From a virus (taxonomy: Duplodnaviria; Caudoviricetes): a stretch of DNA of 38,795 nucleotides. Where the stretch lies: IMG/VR virus record IMGVR_UViG_3300022930_000008, positions 1-38,795 of that record. The stretch is one strand, 5' to 3'. Below, piece after piece: positions 8,638-17,207 of the stretch. Both the position numbers and the translations under genes were made by a program. Each line of letters begins with the position of its first letter. Position 1 is the first letter of the stretch. The notes below the pieces were generated by a model that was given only the letters and a program-made list of their open reading frames with translations, had not been told where the DNA came from and made no database searches.

Positions 8638-10086
8638 ATGAATCAGCAAATAGGTTTTAAACCCGATACCACGGCGGCCGACTTCGGGAAGAACGTGTCG
8701 CAATCGGTAATCGCTTTGGCGGCGTCCGATGCTACCCCCGCTTTCCCTAAAATCAAACTCAACCGTGGCGGCTGGGTAGACTACGGACCAAAAAACGATT
8801 TTCCCCAGCAAATAGTCGCGCTTAATAATAGAAGCCCCGTTAATAAAGCTATCATAGACAGTACAGTAACTTATATATGCGGTAAAGGTGTGCGCGATAC
8901 CCCGGAGAACGCCGATTTATACGTTGGTATGCCTAACACTTCCGAAGCCTGGGACGATCTAATCGAACCGATTGCGAAAGATTACAAGACCTTCGCCGGG
9001 TTTTACTGGCAAGTGGTCGTTAATAAAGGGAGCACTACCGTATCTATATTTCACCAGGATTTTACAACGGTGCGCCTCGGACAAACTACCGCAACCGGTA
9101 CGCCCTTAACCTTTAGAATTTCGAACGACTGGACCAAAACTTCCGGGAAAAACAAACCGTTAGAATTGGAAGTTTGGCCCGGAATGAAGGACGCGAAAAA
9201 GGGAAAGGCGTATATGTTTTACTGGTGGGACTACGAGCCGGGACTTATGTTTTATTCAATACCGGGTTACTACGCGGCGATGGAATATATCAAAGCCGAC
9301 GGCGAGTTAGGCCGCTTTTATAATAACAGTATCGAAAACGGATTTACCCCGTCTGTCGTTATCAGTATGCCGAGTAACCCGGAGCAGGAAAAGAAAGACG
9401 TATTTCAAAAGGAAATGGAAAACGCCTTCGGTGGAGCGAAGGGCGCGTCGTCTATAGTTACTTTGTGGGGGGAGAACGACAACGTTAAACCGACCATAAC
9501 CCCATTTAACGCGAGCGCTAACGCGGACATATACAATAACGTAGAAGGTATTGTCTTTCAAAAAATAATAAGCGCGAACCGTTTGTGCTCGCCTACACTT
9601 GCCGGGGTATCCGGTTCGGGTAATCTATCCGGCAACGCTGCCGAGATTATAGACGCTTATGTACTTTATAACTACACAGTTGTAGAAAAGATGCGCCGTA
9701 AAATTTTGGATAAACTAAATATCTTTACTAAGATAAACGGTACCGCCGAATTAAGAATTGACGATTTGGACGTACTGCCAAAAATAAATTCTATGAATAA
9801 CCCGGACCAAATAACGGCCAGTACTGAAACCGAAGGCGGTGGCGGAAGCTTAGCGGCCGAAATCGGAGTAGGGGGCACGCAAGCTATGACGGCTATTATT
9901 GAAAGCCCTAACATACCGGACGAGCAAAAACGCGGGCTACTTAAAACTTTATTCGGTTTAGACGACGCAACAATAGAAAGTTTATTCGCGCCTAAGAAAG
10001 CAACGTTACAGAAAAAGAAGCCGCGACTTATTCGATTCTTTGAAGAGTTTTTAAAAACTAAAAAATTCCCAGCAACATGGAAATAG
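8638..10086 (+). CDS. Portal protein
   Basis: 482 aa; WVDYG.KNDFP, YSIPGY, NNSIENGFTPS and GAKGA motifs typical of phage portals. Confidence 0.85.
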   Translation: MNQQIGFKPDTTAADFGKNVSQSVIALAASDATPAFPKIKLNRGGWVDYGPKNDFPQQIVALNNRSPVNKAIIDSTVTYICGKGVRDTPENADLYVGMPNTSEAWDDLIEPIAKDYKTFAGFYWQVVVNKGSTTVSIFHQDFTTVRLGQTTATGTPLTFRISNDWTKTSGKNKPLELEVWPGMKDAKKGKAYMFYWWDYEPGLMFYSIPGYYAAMEYIKADGELGRFYNNSIENGFTPSVVISMPSNPEQEKKDVFQKEMENAFGGAKGASSIVTLWGENDNVKPTITPFNASANADIYNNVEGIVFQKIISANRLCSPTLAGVSGSGNLSGNAAEIIDAYVLYNYTVVEKMRRKILDKLNIFTKINGTAELRIDDLDVLPKINSMNNPDQITASTETEGGGGSLAAEIGVGGTQAMTAIIESPNIPDEQKRGLLKTLFGLDDATIESLFAPKKATLQKKKPRLIRFFEEFLKTKKFPATWK

Positions 10087-10631
10087 CCTTAATTAATGAA
10101 GAAATGTTTAAAGCGTATAGCCCAATTAAGGACGATACCATTATAACTAAGTTTGTGCCGTACATAGCTATTGCGCAAAAAATGTATATCGAAAAGATAT
10201 TAGGGCGCCCGCTTGTTGAAGAATTACAGTTACAAATAAAATCGGCCACGGTTACACCCGTGCCGGACCCTTACCCTATAACCCCGGAAAACCAGGCACT
10301 AATAATTGAACTGGCGCCCGCCTTATCATTTTACGCGGTGTATCAGGGTTTGCCGTTTCACTGGGCCGCGATCGTAAATAAAGGTATCACAGTTCGGGAA
10401 AGTGAAAACAGCGGCGCGGTAACGGTAAATGATATTGCGCAACTTAGACGCTGGCTTAAAGACGACGCCGAGAGTTTAGCCCGCGACTTGCAAAGTTATC
10501 TTTGCGGTTGCCAGGCTTCTTACCCAACGTGGTCGCCCGCCTCGGGATATGGTTGCGCTTCCGGTAATTGTGGAAGCAGCACGAACGCAGTACCTATGGA
10601 CTTTGGAATACACATACCTAAACGACGATAA
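10077..10631 (+). CDS. Putative head-tail adaptor
   Basis: 184 aa helical protein after the portal; PYI.IAQ.MYI..ILG..L pattern; Cys-rich C-terminus. Confidence 0.6.
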   Translation: MEIALINEEMFKAYSPIKDDTIITKFVPYIAIAQKMYIEKILGRPLVEELQLQIKSATVTPVPDPYPITPENQALIIELAPALSFYAVYQGLPFHWAAIVNKGITVRESENSGAVTVNDIAQLRRWLKDDAESLARDLQSYLCGCQASYPTWSPASGYGCASGNCGSSTNAVPMDFGIHIPKRR

Positions 10632-10632
10632 C

Positions 10633-11133
10633 ATGGACAATCTCACCGATTTAAAATTCCGGGTTACGACCCTTTGTTTAAAGTTAGAAATGGTTTTACA
10701 AACGGTTTGGGGCTGGCTTGCGGTTACTCTCGTATCGGTTTATAACTTCTTTCTACCGGAAGGCTACGCTTTTACGTTAGTGCTCGTAATGATCTTACTG
10801 GACGCGGTCTTCGGTCTTTCGGTAGCCGTTAAACAAGGTAACTTTGCGCTGTCGAAACTCGGGTCCATTACGCTATTTAAAATAAGTGCGTACTTTGCCG
10901 CCCTGGTTTTCACGTTTATGGTGGAAAAACTCGCCCACGATCAGGGATTTATCGGCGTTAAGGTTGCCGCCGGCTGGGCTGCTATCTGTGAGTTTTGGAG
11001 TATGTCGGCATCTATATTAATTATATGGCCTAACGCTCCGTTTTTCCGAATAATGCGGCGTCACCTTAAGGGTGAAATAGCTTCGAAACTAGGCCAAAGC
11101 GTAGACGACATACTCCCGGACGAAAAAAATTAA
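10633..11133 (+). CDS. Holin (phage holin family 4-like)
   Basis: Likely start is the ATG at 10633 (MDNLTD..), just after the upstream stop; 3-4 TM segments; LD.VFG and E.WSM motifs; charged C-terminus. Confidence 0.75.
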   Translation: MDNLTDLKFRVTTLCLKLEMVLQTVWGWLAVTLVSVYNFFLPEGYAFTLVLVMILLDAVFGLSVAVKQGNFALSKLGSITLFKISAYFAALVFTFMVEKLAHDQGFIGVKVAAGWAAICEFWSMSASILIIWPNAPFFRIMRRHLKGEIASKLGQSVDDILPDEKN

Positions 11134-11134
11134 A

Positions 11135-11173
11135 AATAAATTACGGTATTATTTGGTAGTGCCGTTTTTATTT
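11135..11173 (+). terminator. Hairpin after the holin, probable terminator overlapping the early promoter
   Basis: ACGGTATT/AGTGCCGT imperfect stem followed by TTTTATTT. Confidence 0.5.
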
Positions 11174-11197
11174 ATACCTTTGTGGTTCATTCATTCA
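11152..11197 (+). promoter_or_regulatory. Bacteroidota sigma-A type promoter with TTCA-repeat leader (early site 1)
   Basis: TTTG(11152-55)-N19-TACCTTTG(11175-82)-TGGTTCATTCATTCA. Confidence 0.8.
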
Positions 11198-11208
11198 TCT
11201 ATAACGCT

Positions 11209-11772
11209 ATGATACCTTTATTAGAAGACTACATTATCGAACCGCACCCTTACGCACTATCGCCGTTTACCCGCGTACCTGTTGTTATAAACGACGGCGG
11301 GCGCTCTGCCGAGGGTTTCCCTAATTGTAAATCTGATTGCGTTATGCGTTCGGTCGCTATTGCTTCGGGGCTGCCCTTCGGCGTAGTTCGTTCGTTAATT
11401 ATGCACCTGGACCCATTAAGCGAAGAAGAAGGCACCGCGGTAAACCTGGTAGTATTCAAGGACCTTATGATCGAACTAGGCTTTAGCTGGGTGCCCGCGT
11501 TAGAAGAAACTTATATTTGCGAACTTCCTAAAGGGCGTATTATTGTCGACGTGCCCGAGCACTACACGGCGGTTATGGATGGCGTGATTAACGACCTTAT
11601 AGATAGCAGCGCGTTTCCTATTCGCGGTTATTGGGTTTTCGCCCCTGGGAACTTATTTAACGTATGCAAAAACGGTAAAGCCGTTAACTCCTACCCTATG
11701 AATTTAACGGCCGCGCTTACCATGCAACGCTTATATAAACTAAACTACAACACTAAAACATTCATATTATGA
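11209..11772 (+). CDS. Papain/C39-like cysteine peptidase-fold hypothetical protein
   Basis: Start moved to ATG 11209 because the track GTG lies in the promoter; DCVMRSVAIASG ... EHYTAVMDGVIND gives a Cys-His-Asp arrangement. Confidence 0.55.
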   Translation: MIPLLEDYIIEPHPYALSPFTRVPVVINDGGRSAEGFPNCKSDCVMRSVAIASGLPFGVVRSLIMHLDPLSEEEGTAVNLVVFKDLMIELGFSWVPALEETYICELPKGRIIVDVPEHYTAVMDGVINDLIDSSAFPIRGYWVFAPGNLFNVCKNGKAVNSYPMNLTAALTMQRLYKLNYNTKTFIL

Positions 11773-12038
11773 AACCTCATGTAAAAGAAATACTAAAAAG
11801 AGCGCTGGACAATTACACGAATACTCCGGCCTGCGGTAAATTCGAAGTTATGGTCCGCGTAGTTCGCTCCCTCAAAAGATACGATCAGGGCTTACCGCCT
11901 TACGCCGCGATATCGCCGGACGTAGTGCAGGCGCTTCGAATATTCTCGCGCATATACCGAAATACGTTATTACATAACTGCGCAAGTTTTGGCATGGATT
12001 TTGACTTCTATACGCATGGACTTTCCGCACAAAATTAG
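11769..12038 (+). CDS. Hypothetical protein
   Basis: ATGA overlap with the previous gene; 89 aa. Confidence 0.6.
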   Translation: MKPHVKEILKRALDNYTNTPACGKFEVMVRVVRSLKRYDQGLPPYAAISPDVVQALRIFSRIYRNTLLHNCASFGMDFDFYTHGLSAQN

Positions 12039-12246
12039 AATGATGATTAGCCACGTCGGTCACGAGTTTGAAGCGCGAACCGCTGAACTCTCCGAACTGG
12101 ATACGCCGCGAAGGTTGCCCAAACCGGGTGACGCTAACGCCTTCGACCTCAGCTTACAAATAGGCGCGCTTTTTAGAACAATGGAACAACTCACAGAACT
12201 TAAAAACCAATACGATGAAAAACTTAAAGAAGGGCGACAAATTTAA
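12016..12246 (+). CDS. Hypothetical protein
   Basis: Probable ATG at 12016 (MDFPHKI..); helical; tightly packed in the cluster. Confidence 0.55.
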   Translation: MDFPHKIRMMISHVGHEFEARTAELSELDTPRRLPKPGDANAFDLSLQIGALFRTMEQLTELKNQYDEKLKEGRQI

Positions 12247-12442
12247 ACTTGGCCCGCAATACCTCGAATTCGATAAATTATTAAGCGAGCGCATAGGGTT
12301 AGCCTATTTACTGACGCCCGACGGTAAGCGCCGCCCTGACCCCGAAGACCTGGTAGGTGACGCGGATATGCAAATCTGTTTTAGTGATGTTAGGTATAAC
12401 GACCAGTACGCCGAGGCGGAAGATTACGAAGACCTATTATGA
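12215..12442 (+). CDS. Hypothetical protein
   Basis: 75 aa, acidic C-terminus; overlaps neighbours. Confidence 0.6.
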   Translation: MKNLKKGDKFKLGPQYLEFDKLLSERIGLAYLLTPDGKRRPDPEDLVGDADMQICFSDVRYNDQYAEAEDYEDLL

Positions 12443-12690
12443 AACGCGGGACGTATACATATTCGCACGCAACCCGGGTATATCCGACTTTGCAATTTGC
12501 GACGTTCGAAATTCGCGTAGAGATAATCGGCGAAAGCGAAACGAAATACCACGTTAAGTATGTAGCGTATCACATGAACAAAAAACACGGACCAGGTTAT
12601 AAAACTTGGGTCGGTAAAGATAAAGTTAAAATAGACGGCGAAACGCGTACGCCAATCGATAAAGATACGCGCTTACCTTATAAAGATTAA
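12439..12690 (+). CDS. Hypothetical protein (beta-rich, ends LPYKD)
   Basis: ATGA coupling; 83 aa. Confidence 0.65.
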   Translation: MKRGTYTYSHATRVYPTLQFATFEIRVEIIGESETKYHVKYVAYHMNKKHGPGYKTWVGKDKVKIDGETRTPIDKDTRLPYKD

Positions 12691-12693
12691 ATT

Positions 12694-12909
12694 ATGGACA
12701 TTACCTTAATGAATAATCAAAAAGTAATTATACGCCGCCTAGACGGTACTATACTTGCTACGTTCGAAAGTGAAGACGAATTACAAATATGCGTGCGCTA
12801 TAAACAATTCGATACACCCGCGCCGAGTCTCGCCGCAGTCGCAAAGGCCCAACTGCGCGCGAATGAAGAAATAGGGCAGTTGGTTAAAAAAGACAACTGC
12901 TTCGAATAG
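12694..12909 (+). CDS. Hypothetical protein
   Basis: 71 aa; A-rich start context. Confidence 0.55.
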   Translation: MDITLMNNQKVIIRRLDGTILATFESEDELQICVRYKQFDTPAPSLAAVAKAQLRANEEIGQLVKKDNCFE

Positions 12910-12960
12910 TTTGGCACGCGCTTTGCATATACTATTATATAACTTTTAATACTTAAAATT

Positions 12961-13350
12961 ATGGACATTATTATTTCAGCCCCGCAAGGTGCGGGCAAAT
13001 CGGTTTTAGCGCAAAAGATAATCGGCGCGTATATGGGTTTTACTAAAATGGCCGCGGGCAATATACCGACGTGTACTATTTCCGAACCGCGCGACTTAAT
13101 GGGTAAACCCCGAACTATCGCAAGACGTATACACACGAGAGGCCACGAAGTACCGCAGCAAGTTTTAATATTCGACGGCGCTATTGTTTCCCCGTCTTGT
13201 ATGATAAAAGCGGTATCGGTGGTTAAGATATACCGCGAAGTAGTAAACACGGACGTACTGGCGATTTACATCGAACAAGGCGGCGCGGTTATACTTACCG
13301 ACAATGCTATTAGACCGATTCCATTACCTAACCTAAAACAAAAATTATAA
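12961..13350 (+). CDS. Small P-loop NTPase-like protein
   Basis: IIISAPQGAGKS Walker A and VLIFDG Walker B-like strand. Confidence 0.65.
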   Translation: MDIIISAPQGAGKSVLAQKIIGAYMGFTKMAAGNIPTCTISEPRDLMGKPRTIARRIHTRGHEVPQQVLIFDGAIVSPSCMIKAVSVVKIYREVVNTDVLAIYIEQGGAVILTDNAIRPIPLPNLKQKL

Positions 13351-13661
13351 TGGATATCATACTTTATGGCGCGGATAAAACCGCGCTTTACGAAAGAGCG
13401 CAAAAACTAATCGCGAAAGAATTAGGGGCGAAAGCATTTGTTTATATTATGCGCGATGTATGTATGGTTAATCCTACCGTTATGAACTTTGCGGCCTGTG
13501 CCCCGTTCCACATCATATTAGCCGACGATATCGAAACGCCGATAGCTTTAAATAACGCACTTAGTGAAGTGCAAAGATACCGCGAGATACGCGATAAACC
13601 CAACTTAGTCGCCGTGTATTGCACAACTGTAAACCCTTTGGAACTAAAACTTTTATTATGA
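13350..13661 (+). CDS. Degenerate paralog of the preceding P-loop protein
   Basis: TAATG coupling; MDII start, AQK, hhhhD and YRE..L.A.Y blocks shared; Walker A lost. Confidence 0.55.
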   Translation: MDIILYGADKTALYERAQKLIAKELGAKAFVYIMRDVCMVNPTVMNFAACAPFHIILADDIETPIALNNALSEVQRYREIRDKPNLVAVYCTTVNPLELKLLL

Positions 13662-13891
13662 TACAAACATTTGAACAAGGCGCACGAAAAATAATATTCG
13701 AGCCTAGCGGCGAAGTAAGCCGCGTAACCGGTAATGTCCTTGCAAAACAATATTGCAACTCGGCATATTTAAAAACAGGTACTTTCGACAATCGCGCATT
13801 TAATCCCGAGTTTGTCCGCGATGCGAGCGACGCCGAAAAAGACTATTACAATGACCTAAAGGCGTCGAGCATTCACGCCGTAATACTTTAG
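13658..13891 (+). CDS. Hypothetical protein
   Basis: ATGA overlap at 13658 (MIQTFEQG..). Confidence 0.6.
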   Translation: MIQTFEQGARKIIFEPSGEVSRVTGNVLAKQYCNSAYLKTGTFDNRAFNPEFVRDASDAEKDYYNDLKASSIHAVIL

Positions 13892-13895
13892 TCTC

Positions 13896-14138
13896 GTGAG
13901 TTTAGAGGTTCACATTTGGGTACAGGAGTTTAATATCGTAGACCCTGCGGTCCTTGAAAAACTTAAACAACGGGCATCTACTTTTAAAATTGAAGTTGGG
14001 GACCCTTACTTTAACCCCGACGGGACTTTTAAAAGATCAGTAATACGAAAGCTACGCCAGCACTTACAAACATTCTACCCGCCGCAGAACCGCGAAAACC
14101 GGAAGCAATACCGAAAGTACGGCGACTATCCCTTTTAA
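13896..14138 (+). CDS. Hypothetical protein
   Basis: GTG start, 80 aa, fills the gap in the cluster. Confidence 0.5.
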   Translation: MSLEVHIWVQEFNIVDPAVLEKLKQRASTFKIEVGDPYFNPDGTFKRSVIRKLRQHLQTFYPPQNRENRKQYRKYGDYPF

Positions 14139-14160
14139 TAATTAAACACTTTTTTAAACT

Positions 14161-14460
14161 ATGAAAAATTTATTACACGAGTTTTTTAACTCCCGATCAG
14201 ACGCCAGCCCGTTAGAAGCCAGCGCGCAAGAGCAATTAGAAAAAGACTTCGCCGAGTGGTACGATAAATCCGGCGATACGCAAGAAGGCGACCACGCCGA
14301 GTATGCGCGGCCCTCGGGATTTGAAGAAGCCGCAAGACCTTTGATTAAATGGATGGCAGAAAATCACCACCCGCACACGTCGGTCACACTCGATAGTACG
14401 AGCGCCCAATTATGGGAGGGTTTAGAATCCATCCAAGTCAGAGACTACATACAAGACTAA
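14161..14460 (+). CDS. Conserved phage hypothetical protein
   Basis: FEEAARPLIKWMAENHHPH..T.DST.AQL.EG motif, which I recognise from small phage proteins. Confidence 0.65.
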   Translation: MKNLLHEFFNSRSDASPLEASAQEQLEKDFAEWYDKSGDTQEGDHAEYARPSGFEEAARPLIKWMAENHHPHTSVTLDSTSAQLWEGLESIQVRDYIQD

Positions 14461-14462
14461 TC

Positions 14463-14498
14463 AAAAAGCCCCTAGCGAATTAACGTTAGGGGCTTTTT
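14463..14498. terminator. Bidirectional intrinsic terminator
   Basis: AAAAA-GCCCCTAGCG-aattaa-CGTTAGGGGC-TTTTT between convergent operons. Confidence 0.9.
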
Positions 14499-15056
14499 CT
14501 ATTTACTCCAAATTACAAAACCGATGCCGGCATTTATCGACGGGGCTATTTGCTTCCCGTCCCAACTCGCGCCGGGGCCGATGGTCAGGGCCCACTTGGG
14601 CGACTTAAGAACGGTCTTCGTTACCGTGTTGGTTATCGTCTGCGTCTTTTGGTAAACTTCCATCGATACGAGTTTCGGGCGCCAGCCTTCGACGACTGCT
14701 TTGTATTCCGGGGTTATGTAAGTCTCTTGCTTTATAGGGATTATAACTTCCCCGCTTTGCCCTATTTTAACCCCCGCGTTTGAATCGTTTTGTTTCGGCG
14801 GTGTCATTGTATCAACCCGTGTCGAATCGTTGCCGACGGGGCTTATTTTAATTCTTACCGTATCGGCTCGAATTATTCGGGTCTCGACCGGGCCTGGTAC
14901 GTCCCGGCGTATCGTGTCCGTCGTGGTTACTGTGTCGTGTACTGTTACGATTTGCACCTCGGTACATGGGCGGTACTTACGTTGCACCGACATACCAAAT
15001 ACAAACCCGACTATAAACGTGACCAGTACAATAATTGCTAAGTGTGAAGTTTTCAT
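14499..15056 (-). CDS. Spanin candidate (N-terminal TM helix, Thr-rich linker, C-terminal beta-hairpin)
   Basis: Overlaps the endolysin stop; one N-terminal hydrophobic helix; C-terminus WALTIGPGASWDG..SINAGIGFVIWSK. Confidence 0.6.
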   Translation of the reverse strand: MKTSHLAIIVLVTFIVGFVFGMSVQRKYRPCTEVQIVTVHDTVTTTDTIRRDVPGPVETRIIRADTVRIKISPVGNDSTRVDTMTPPKQNDSNAGVKIGQSGEVIIPIKQETYITPEYKAVVEGWRPKLVSMEVYQKTQTITNTVTKTVLKSPKWALTIGPGASWDGKQIAPSINAGIGFVIWSK

Positions 15057-15475
15057 AGTTCAAAATGTGGTGGGTCGTATGGACTTTTCCAGTCGCCGCC
15101 CCAGGTTATTTTAATGCCCAACTCTGCCGCCTTCGCCTTAATGTGTTTGGCGATGGTTTGCAATGCCGGTATCGTTTCCTTTTCCGTTACTAATAGTTTG
15201 CCGCCGACAAACGGGTAGATGTCTACCGCGTGGCCGTAGCCGTCTGCTTTTGGCTGGTGATTGGACTTATTGGTAATTCCGTTTTTATTGGTGACTACCG
15301 GCCCTTTTGTCGTACGCCCTTGCGCGTAAAGTGCTTTTTGCCTTGCGTCAGTTCGTACGCCCTCTGTGACTGTGAAGTCTATAGGCGTATCAACTATTGC
15401 CGCGCGCATTACCTTAACTAAATTAGGGTGCACACCTTGTAACGCGGCTTCGCTTCTTTGACTAAATTTAGACAT
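15053..15475 (-). CDS. Endolysin, peptidase M15 family (L-Ala-D-Glu endopeptidase-like)
   Basis: EGVRT..RQ..LYAQGRT, SNH..G.AVD, WGGDW..DPPHFEL motifs. Confidence 0.92.
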   Translation of the reverse strand: MSKFSQRSEAALQGVHPNLVKVMRAAIVDTPIDFTVTEGVRTDARQKALYAQGRTTKGPVVTNKNGITNKSNHQPKADGYGHAVDIYPFVGGKLLVTEKETIPALQTIAKHIKAKAAELGIKITWGGDWKSPYDPPHFEL

Positions 15476-15487
15476 AATGTTAAAGTT

Positions 15488-16666
15488 TTAACGCTTCCCG
15501 GCTTGCCCGACTGTTACGCCGAAGCCCGAAGCAATGTTAGACAATCTATTTAAAAATACGTATCGCTCGGCATCTTTCGCGTGCCCGTGCGCTTTAATCG
15601 GTATTACTCCGTACTCGCCGTTATCATCTTTCGGATAACGGTACATACGATTTTCAGCGATAGTACCTAACGATCTTTCGGTATAATGCTTTTTGTAACG
15701 GTTCATTATCGTAATACCCAATTGTATTTCTTTGTTATCCGACTTAACGGCGTTGATGCCTAGGCCGCGTAAATCTTTTATACTCTTTGGTTCTGCCGCG
15801 TCGCATATAGTTTCTATCCCTTTATGCCCTTCGTCGATAATTGCCTTTGCTATATCCGGGTTATCCAGGTTTTTACCGTATGCTAATTCGTCTATCCATA
15901 TTTCGCCCTGCGATAGCACAACAAGCTCAACCGCCGACGGGGCAGTCCAGCCAAAGTCGACGCCGATGTATGCCTGTTTCCATTCGCTTCGCGGTGGCAA
16001 GCTTGGCACTATATCCCAGTTCTTTATAACTAGACCTTCTCGACTTCCCTTAAGCCCCAGGCCGTACACGTTCCACCAGTCCGGGTCCATATCCCTGTTT
16101 GATTCTATTTCGCTAATTTGCGACGCGGTCAACATATCGTTATCTAAGTACGTACTGTCGATAATAACGACGTCTTTACGCGCTGCCAATTTGCTATCTA
16201 CCCAAAATTCGTATGCCGGGTTATAATCTAAAATCACTTTTTCGGTGGTACGGATAGCCAACTGTCTGTATACCTCATAGCTAACGTTTATACACTCATT
16301 GATATAAAGTATGTCGCGCGCCGGTCCGTGAACTTTCGATGGTTCGGTGGCGCTGAAAAACTCTAGCGCGGCTTTAGCCGAGTAAGTATATATTTTGTCG
16401 GTATCGTGCCAGGCACTATCGACGTACGCGTTTTCCGTGGTAAGCATGTTTTTAAAGTCACGTATCGCCCCACGCTTTAAATGCGGCAGGGTTTCGGATA
16501 CGGCCGATATCAAACGCGGGCGTGTTGACTTTCGCGCGATATAGTCCAATAACTGCAAAACCGCCCACGTCTTCCCGGAACGTGTACCGCCCCGAAGAAC
16601 GATAACACGAATTGCCGGGTTTTTGTAGGCGGCTACCAGTTTACTAAATACCTTTGTGGTCTCCAT
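15488..16666 (-). CDS. terL: Terminase large subunit (PBSX/Terminase_3-like)
   Basis: GGTRSGKT Walker A, LYINE Walker B, DYNP, GVDFGW nuclease motif, H.KDA.RY. Confidence 0.93.
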   Translation of the reverse strand: METTKVFSKLVAAYKNPAIRVIVLRGGTRSGKTWAVLQLLDYIARKSTRPRLISAVSETLPHLKRGAIRDFKNMLTTENAYVDSAWHDTDKIYTYSAKAALEFFSATEPSKVHGPARDILYINECINVSYEVYRQLAIRTTEKVILDYNPAYEFWVDSKLAARKDVVIIDSTYLDNDMLTASQISEIESNRDMDPDWWNVYGLGLKGSREGLVIKNWDIVPSLPPRSEWKQAYIGVDFGWTAPSAVELVVLSQGEIWIDELAYGKNLDNPDIAKAIIDEGHKGIETICDAAEPKSIKDLRGLGINAVKSDNKEIQLGITIMNRYKKHYTERSLGTIAENRMYRYPKDDNGEYGVIPIKAHGHAKDAERYVFLNRLSNIASGFGVTVGQAGKR

Positions 16667-17194
16667 TTAAAGCAAGTCGTTTAACTCTTCCAGGTCGTCC
16701 GCGGTCTGCTGGTCTCGCACACTTACTCGGACGGTGGTTTCGCCGGTATTATTGTTATTAATATTATCGGCAATGCCGTTGATTCGCGCAACTAAACTCG
16801 CATTAAATACGCCGACGCTGGCGCCTTCGATCTGCTGATTACGTACTACGCTTTCAATCATATTGATCGTGTCGAGTATTGCGTCGTCCGCTTCGGTCGA
16901 TTTGCCGCGCTCCTGTTTATCCTTTATGTTAGCTTTCGCCGCACGGAAGTAAGCGCCGGAAACACCAAGGTACACCGTCAGCCCGTCAATAGTATACGGG
17001 CGTCCGATGCTTACCTCTTCTTCGTATGACATACCCATATACTTAACTAATTCCGAACGCTTCCACGGGTTACGGTCGCACCATTCAAAATAAGCGATCG
17101 CCTCGCCCCAAAGGACAAGAGCGTCGCCGAATATCTTTTCGCGGCCGTGAGTAGTGCGGAGTTTCCAAAGTTGAGAACCTTTAAGTAATGCCAT
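16667..17194 (-). CDS. terS: Terminase small subunit (P22 gp3-like)
   Basis: HGREKIF..LW..YFEWC..NP, RPYTIDGL, G.FNASLVAR.NG; abuts terL. Confidence 0.85.
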   Translation of the reverse strand: MALLKGSQLWKLRTTHGREKIFGDALVLWGEAIAYFEWCDRNPWKRSELVKYMGMSYEEEVSIGRPYTIDGLTVYLGVSGAYFRAAKANIKDKQERGKSTEADDAILDTINMIESVVRNQQIEGASVGVFNASLVARINGIADNINNNNTGETTVRVSVRDQQTADDLEELNDLL

Positions 17195-17207
17195 GACGTC
17201 GTATTTA

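Noticed and set aside
10549-10632. Longer N-terminus for the holin; likewise track starts at 11182, 13619 and 23488
   Set aside because: They overlap upstream genes or promoters; downstream ATGs give proper coupling.
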